NCBI GenBank assembly: GCA_048882505.1
Contig: JBHLRO010000003.1
Coordinates: forward strand, 120,001-152,000
Source of the DNA: Candidatus Thorarchaeota archaeon
Lineage (GTDB): Archaea > Asgardarchaeota > Heimdallarchaeia > Hodarchaeales > Hodarchaeaceae
Direction: 5' to 3'
Length of the DNA: 32,000 nt
A model generated the notes under the pieces. That model was not told the origin of the DNA, made no database searches, and worked only from the letters and a program-made list of their open reading frames with translations. Positions within the stretch are counted from its first letter, which is position 1; each line of letters opens with the position of its first letter. Position numbers and translations under genes: made by a program. Below, piece after piece: positions 27,079 to 32,000 of this stretch.

Positions 27079-28392
27079 TCACACCGGTTTTAAATGGCCC
27101 CACTTCTTCAGGGCCTGTGCCAACTCTGTTGATTCTTCCGATTTCTCCTCCAGAGTTATTCCTCTCTTCCAAGCATCGATTGAATCAACAGTCGCTATTG
27201 CACCAGCCTTAGTTCCTCCTGGATGACCATGAATGCCTCCCCCGACCTGAAGAGCTAATTCCTGTGTATTATATACAGAGAGAACCTCAGGAAGAACTCC
27301 AGGATGAAGACCCCCTGAAGCCACGGGAACTACGGGAGGAATATGTTTCCAATCTTGCGCTAAATGTATCCCCTTTGATTCATCGATTTGGGATAAGAGA
27401 AGGAGATCTCGCATGTTCAAGACATCTTGTTTTGGGGAATCCAGTTTTCCAACAACAGTTCCTATATGAAGGTTATCCACTCCAATAAGTCTGAGGAGTT
27501 TTGCCAAAAAGAACATAGATATCCCATGCGTCGAGTGTTTTGTGAAGGTCGCATGCATAGCCCGATGCGCATGAATTGCCATTCCAAGGTCTTGAGTAAT
27601 CGCTTTTAATGATTGGACGGAAGCGAATCCTGTAGTTACGACATCAATCATACAGTATCGGAAACCATGATCGTTCAGAAGGCGTAAACGACGTTCCATC
27701 TCATGTGTTTCTGCTGTTATGTTTATGAAAGCATCTTTTACATCTCCCGTCTCGTTTTCCGCCTTATCACGGGTTTTAGCCATTCCTTCCACTCGCTTTT
27801 CAAATTTATTAAATTCTTGTGAGGTAAGATTTTCATCATCTTTAATACAATCGATTCCACCCAAGTAAGCGTCCATCGCGACGTGAAGGTATTGATCTAC
27901 TGTCATACCGATTTTCGGTTTTGGAACACAGGATAATAGAGGACCCTCCTTCTTAAAGATAGATTTAAATGCCTTGGTGCCAATGTGTGGCCCCGAAAAA
28001 GCCTTTAAATATTCTTCAGGGAAAAATACATCTAATAATCTTAGATTCCGGACAGCCTTCATTCCAAAAATATTTCCAGCAACACCTGAAAGAAGCTGGG
28101 GTATATTTCCGTGTTCCCATAATATCCCGGGATAAGCGATTTTTACGACTCTTATATCTCGGTTAGTCCAAAATGCCCTTCCACGCATACCATAGATTCT
28201 TTCATCTAAAGTTTCAATAGTCGTCCAGGTCCCGATACTGGATTCGGAAGCCAATCTACCTGTGAGATCATCAATACTGACCTTAGGAGTAGGTTCAAAA
28301 TAATAGAGAGCAATTAGATCAGTTGTTGAGGGAGAATAGTTTGGATCATTAAAGTCGTGATACCACTCGACTTTTTCCTCTTCCTGAGACAT
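27079..28392 (-). CDS. rbcL: RuBisCO large subunit, form III-like
   Basis: ESSIGTW, GNIFGM, KPK, GIDCIKDDE, HAHRAMH, LHIGT, VGKL, VASGG and GGGIHGHP. All canonical active-site residues are present. Confidence 0.95.
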   Translation of the reverse strand: MSQEEEKVEWYHDFNDPNYSPSTTDLIALYYFEPTPKVSIDDLTGRLASESSIGTWTTIETLDERIYGMRGRAFWTNRDIRVVKIAYPGILWEHGNIPQLLSGVAGNIFGMKAVRNLRLLDVFFPEEYLKAFSGPHIGTKAFKSIFKKEGPLLSCVPKPKIGMTVDQYLHVAMDAYLGGIDCIKDDENLTSQEFNKFEKRVEGMAKTRDKAENETGDVKDAFINITAETHEMERRLRLLNDHGFRYCMIDVVTTGFASVQSLKAITQDLGMAIHAHRAMHATFTKHSTHGISMFFLAKLLRLIGVDNLHIGTVVGKLDSPKQDVLNMRDLLLLSQIDESKGIHLAQDWKHIPPVVPVASGGLHPGVLPEVLSVYNTQELALQVGGGIHGHPGGTKAGAIATVDSIDAWKRGITLEEKSEESTELAQALKKWGHLKPV

Positions 28393-28719
28393 AATTTACA
28401 CCGCTAACGCGTTTTTAATCGGGTTTTAATAGCTTCTTGAAAGGTTTACTGCTTTGGCTGAGATTCGGCCTGATTCATGGTATCTACCCGAGATCCTTGG
28501 GGATTTAAGGTTTATTGGATCTTTTATTCTTGAAAGTTTTCACAAGTGAACAGATATGACAAATAAAAATCAATACCATTAAAAATGTAAAAGCGACGTG
28601 GCTCATTACCATAAATCAGTTGACTAGGCACATCAGGAACGATTAACGTGTCAAATCCGGGGTGACGAATTACGGGCATTCACAGAGAATCATTTCGGAG
28701 CAAAGCTCTGAGAGCTACC

Positions 28720-29556
28720 TTGATTGCAATAGGTGGAAATGCTGCCCTAGGAGCATTAAAGATTAGCGTTGGATTGTTTACATCCAGTATATCACTAGTG
28801 GCAGATGGAGTCGATTCGATTCTTGATTTATTTATGGGTGTCGTTGCTTATATTGGAACGATTTACGCCCAAAAACCTGCGGATGAAAACCACCAGTATG
28901 GCCATGAAAAAGTGGAAATGATACTTGTCCTAGCTTTAACTTTTATTATCGGATATAGCGGATTAAACTTGGCATTAACCGCCGTGGATAAACTTGCACG
29001 AGGGACATTGCTAACATTCTCGCCCATAGGCTTTTTTACGGGTCTCCTAGGAATTGTCGGAAAACTAATAATTGTGTTCATAATGTATCGAACCTCCTCA
29101 GAACTTGACTCCACTAGTTTAAAAGCGACAGCCCTCAATTACACCACAGACGTTCTATCCTCAACCTTCGTGGTAATTGCTTTCACCTCAACCGCAATTC
29201 ATCCGACTCTAGGTTTTCTAGACCCTATTGCTGCCATATTAATCTGTGGTGTGATCTTTTATGGGGCTGGAATCCTATTCAGAGACGCCTTGGATATCCT
29301 TCAAGACAGAGCACCGAATAAACAGGATACTAGCAAAATATTGAGCCTGGCTGGGTCGATAGAGGGAGTTCGTGAGGCCCACAATCTTCGTGCCCGTTAT
29401 AACGGAAAAATTATCATTGGGGATCTCCATGTCTTGGTTGACCCCGAAATATCTGTACGGAAAGGCCATGCCATAAGCGAGGCCGTGTATGACAAACTTC
29501 AAGCGGAATTAGGTGCAAGAATTGTGATTCATTTGGAACCATATGGTGAGGATTAG
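28720..29556 (+). CDS. Cation diffusion facilitator transporter (FieF-like); true start probably further upstream
   Basis: SISLVADGVDSILD, PADENHQYGHEKVE, NYTTD, DPIAAI, and cytosolic HNLRAR, DLHVLVD, GHAIS and IHLEP. Confidence 0.9.
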   Translation: MIAIGGNAALGALKISVGLFTSSISLVADGVDSILDLFMGVVAYIGTIYAQKPADENHQYGHEKVEMILVLALTFIIGYSGLNLALTAVDKLARGTLLTFSPIGFFTGLLGIVGKLIIVFIMYRTSSELDSTSLKATALNYTTDVLSSTFVVIAFTSTAIHPTLGFLDPIAAILICGVIFYGAGILFRDALDILQDRAPNKQDTSKILSLAGSIEGVREAHNLRARYNGKIIIGDLHVLVDPEISVRKGHAISEAVYDKLQAELGARIVIHLEPYGED

Positions 29557-29561
29557 GGTTA

Positions 29562-31001
29562 ATGAGTGATGACCTGTACGAGCCTGTTTCAACAGGTGTG
29601 TCTTCTCTATTCTATTGTAGGAAGCTAACTGATTCAAAACAAGCGATTTTACTAAAGCTAACAACAAGAAAGAATTCTAATACTCTTTTGGAAGGAGGAG
29701 GTAACCTTGAAGATACTTTCACACATGAAAATACTTCCGTGAGCATAAGGACTGGAAAGCAAGATATTGTTGTCAAATCCAACAAATATCGAAAAGATGT
29801 TGAAAAAGTAACGCATCCCACCTTTAAGCTCATTCCACTATCTTCGATAAATGGATTCAACATGCCAGAAATGGATGTAGATACACTTCCAAAATCAAGG
29901 AAGGCAATAAATCATACTAAATCTCCCACACGAACACGCCTGACCTTGGCCTTGAGAGAAACGAAAAAGAAGATAAAAAAAAAGAAATCTTCTTTAACCG
30001 AAGGGAAAGGAGTGAGAAAAAAGAGCCAGAGGAGGAGCGAAACAAAAAAGTCTTCTACTGTAGTTCGTAAGCATATTCGACCTCTAGGTAGATTCTTCGA
30101 TAAGAAAATCTACCCTCCAGAGGCTTCTTTATCTCTAGAACCTAAAACAAGTAGTTTCCAATCACTAAATCGAGAAAAAAGACCATTGCTTGATAAGGAG
30201 GTTCATTTTCATTATTTGACCGAAGATCAATTTCTCGATGATACTGAACCATTCCCATTTTCGACCCTTAATGAGTGGCTAATTTGGCATCATAACTATC
30301 CCCAGTATGCGCATGTCCGAGAAGCGTATGATTTAAATGAAATTCCAGAAACCATGGATCTTGAGATATTCTGGGTGAACATTAAATCTGAACCTGAATT
30401 CTTTAGTTCAACGTGGGAAATGCTTGGGGCAAAAATAGCGGATGTAAACTCTATCAAGTTCAATGGACTTCCGGAATTTTTGCCAGAGTGGAAGATCGGT
30501 TCTATGGTAACAGATGGTTTTGCCTCGCTTTTTATGGATGTTTATCAATTATTGATGATAAACCCAAAGGGGATAGCAAATAATAGATATCCAATTTTTC
30601 AGTTTGCGATGAAAGGGTTAACGCTCCTAGGTTCAACCTACATGGACAAAAAAACGGGACGATGGCACTGTATACTTAAAGATAATGAGCTTGAAATGAG
30701 AATTAAGGTCCTAGATCAATTTGTTAATCAGCAAGAGACTCCTATAGGCTACGAACGAACACTGGATCCTCTTTTGGCCGTCAACAAATGGTATGGTGGG
30801 ATTATCGCCTTCGATTTACTTGCGAGTCGCTCTACGTTCATGAGGGAGTTTACCAATGGAAAAACGGATTTAAAAGAAGACATAAAGATCGAAATGATAA
30901 AAAATAGCATATTCAAGGAAGGAGTTATTCAGAAACTTGAGTCGGTGAAGGAATTGGATAGGTATACGGTCCTTCAAATAATCGCAAAGCTGAACAAGTA
31001 G
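29562..31001 (+). CDS. Hypothetical protein with Lys/Arg/Ser-rich low-complexity segment and globular C-terminal half
   Basis: 479-aa ORF starting 5 nt after the CDF stop. No family recognised. Confidence 0.7.
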   Translation: MSDDLYEPVSTGVSSLFYCRKLTDSKQAILLKLTTRKNSNTLLEGGGNLEDTFTHENTSVSIRTGKQDIVVKSNKYRKDVEKVTHPTFKLIPLSSINGFNMPEMDVDTLPKSRKAINHTKSPTRTRLTLALRETKKKIKKKKSSLTEGKGVRKKSQRRSETKKSSTVVRKHIRPLGRFFDKKIYPPEASLSLEPKTSSFQSLNREKRPLLDKEVHFHYLTEDQFLDDTEPFPFSTLNEWLIWHHNYPQYAHVREAYDLNEIPETMDLEIFWVNIKSEPEFFSSTWEMLGAKIADVNSIKFNGLPEFLPEWKIGSMVTDGFASLFMDVYQLLMINPKGIANNRYPIFQFAMKGLTLLGSTYMDKKTGRWHCILKDNELEMRIKVLDQFVNQQETPIGYERTLDPLLAVNKWYGGIIAFDLLASRSTFMREFTNGKTDLKEDIKIEMIKNSIFKEGVIQKLESVKELDRYTVLQIIAKLNK

Positions 31002-31014
31002 GATCGAACCCATC

Positions 31015-31998
31015 CTATCTGGTTACATCGAAACTTTCTACCTGATCTTTCAAATCTCGAAGTCGGTTGTTTGTATCAAATGCCCTTCTGACAGGATCTA
31101 CAAGATTATTTAATTCTCGTACAATTGCCTTCTTAAGATCCAACGGATGAATCTCCTTATCCTTAAAAGTCTTAGATAGCTCTGTGAAAGTAGAAAATAC
31201 AATGTCTCCACCAAATTTAGATGATCGTTCAACAGAGAGCTTCTTTCCGACTTCAAAAACGAGGTATTTCGCGTACTCAAGGATTGGATTTCCATCAACT
31301 ATGCCTTCTGGACAATAGGCTTTCTTTATCTTCCTTGAAATATCTGATTCAGTATCAGTCATGAATATTGCCGAATCAGGATTGGATTTCGACATCTTTA
31401 GATCCATGATTTTCGTTTCAAGGTTATCATAATGATTCTTTGGCGGTACAAGCCCTAACAACATATGATGACTGATAACTACAGGCTTTTTCCCGAAGAG
31501 TTTAGGACCTACCTCCCGAGCAAGCATATTTACTTTTCGTTGATCCAAGCCCAGTTGAGTGGCATCTAGATCCTGCCAAAAGATATCAGCACATTGCATA
31601 CAGGGATATAAAATGTGCGATGCCTGAAGAATCTCGGACTCTGATCGTCCCATAATTTGTGACGTTCTCAAGATTCGCTTTAAAGTGGAGTTTCGGGCGA
31701 TTCTCATGACCATTTTCCAATAGGCATCATCTTTGACAAAATCACTTACCCAAAGAAAATTTACCCGTTTGAGATTCATTCCCGTCAATCGCCAAACCTC
31801 AACTAGGTAATCTCCCGTCGTTTGGATCTTTTCCAAATCACCTCCCAACTTATTGTTGGCCCAGGCATGCCAATCCGCGATAAGCATATTAAATTCGGCG
31901 CCCGCTTCAATCATGCGGTTCACATTCGTTGCGCGCAAAATTCCTTGAGCAATATGAATACGGCCACTGGGTTCAAACCCATCATAGGTTTTGAAGGT
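31015..31998 (-). CDS. tyrS: Tyrosine-tRNA ligase, 5'-truncated by the window edge
   Basis: Frame is open to the window end: TFKTYDGFEPSGRIHIAQG..., IADWHA, YPCMQCAD, QLGLDQRKV and KMSKS. Confidence 0.95.
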   Translation of the reverse strand, partial: TFKTYDGFEPSGRIHIAQGILRATNVNRMIEAGAEFNMLIADWHAWANNKLGGDLEKIQTTGDYLVEVWRLTGMNLKRVNFLWVSDFVKDDAYWKMVMRIARNSTLKRILRTSQIMGRSESEILQASHILYPCMQCADIFWQDLDATQLGLDQRKVNMLAREVGPKLFGKKPVVISHHMLLGLVPPKNHYDNLETKIMDLKMSKSNPDSAIFMTDTESDISRKIKKAYCPEGIVDGNPILEYAKYLVFEVGKKLSVERSSKFGGDIVFSTFTELSKTFKDKEIHPLDLKKAIVRELNNLVDPVRRAFDTNNRLRDLKDQVESFDVTR

Positions 31999-32000
31999 TG

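Noticed and set aside
27079-28392. RuBisCO-like protein (form IV) interpretation
   Set aside because: The residues typically lost in form IV proteins are all retained.
28663-28665. In-frame TGA after GTG 28648 as a selenocysteine codon
   Set aside because: It lies in a non-catalytic N-terminal tail of a transporter with no redox motif, and the TGA is better explained as part of an SD sequence.
832-31298. Many short ORF-track entries antisense to or overlapping well-supported genes (e.g. 832-1230, 2885-3205, 9499-9888, 15764-16072, 26936-27226)
   Set aside because: They overlap genes with clear family motifs and show no motifs of their own; treated as shadow ORFs.
1-32000. CRISPR arrays, IS elements, integrases, tRNA or rRNA genes
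   Set aside because: No regularly spaced repeats, transposase/recombinase motifs or RNA-gene-like segments were found by eye; a covariance-model scan would be needed to exclude small RNAs.

Overview
Archaeal chromosomal window, most likely from an Asgard archaeon, possibly Heimdallarchaeia. This is inferred from PurP paralogs, a form III RuBisCO, an Arf-family GTPase, a TPR protein and a eukaryote-type TyrRS. Positions 1-15.9 kb hold a large de novo purine cluster: folD(partial)-purN-purE-purB-purF-purD-purM, two inserted genes (alpha/alpha-toroid protein, SAM methyltransferase), purS2L-purQ, purP-like, purP and guaA. A NodB-type deacetylase and an FAD oxidoreductase follow. Positions 18.5-22.7 kb are the most unusual part: a TPR protein divergent from a degenerate Arf-like GTPase fused to a winged-helix-like domain. 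The true 5' end of the GTPase is missed by the ORF track and has no canonical in-frame start. A frame-preserving second copy of its last 42 codons lies downstream, followed by a 3-TM protein and a putative longin/uDENN-like protein. Positions 23.6-25.5 kb hold a small metal-handling cluster (His-substituted YHS/TRASH, NIF3 with Cys-rich tail, CopZ). The rest encodes an M17 aminopeptidase, a form III RuBisCO, a CDF transporter, an orphan basic protein and a partial tyrS with a HIAQ motif. I saw no rRNA, tRNA, CRISPR array or transposase. All family assignments come from motif recognition by eye; no searches were run.
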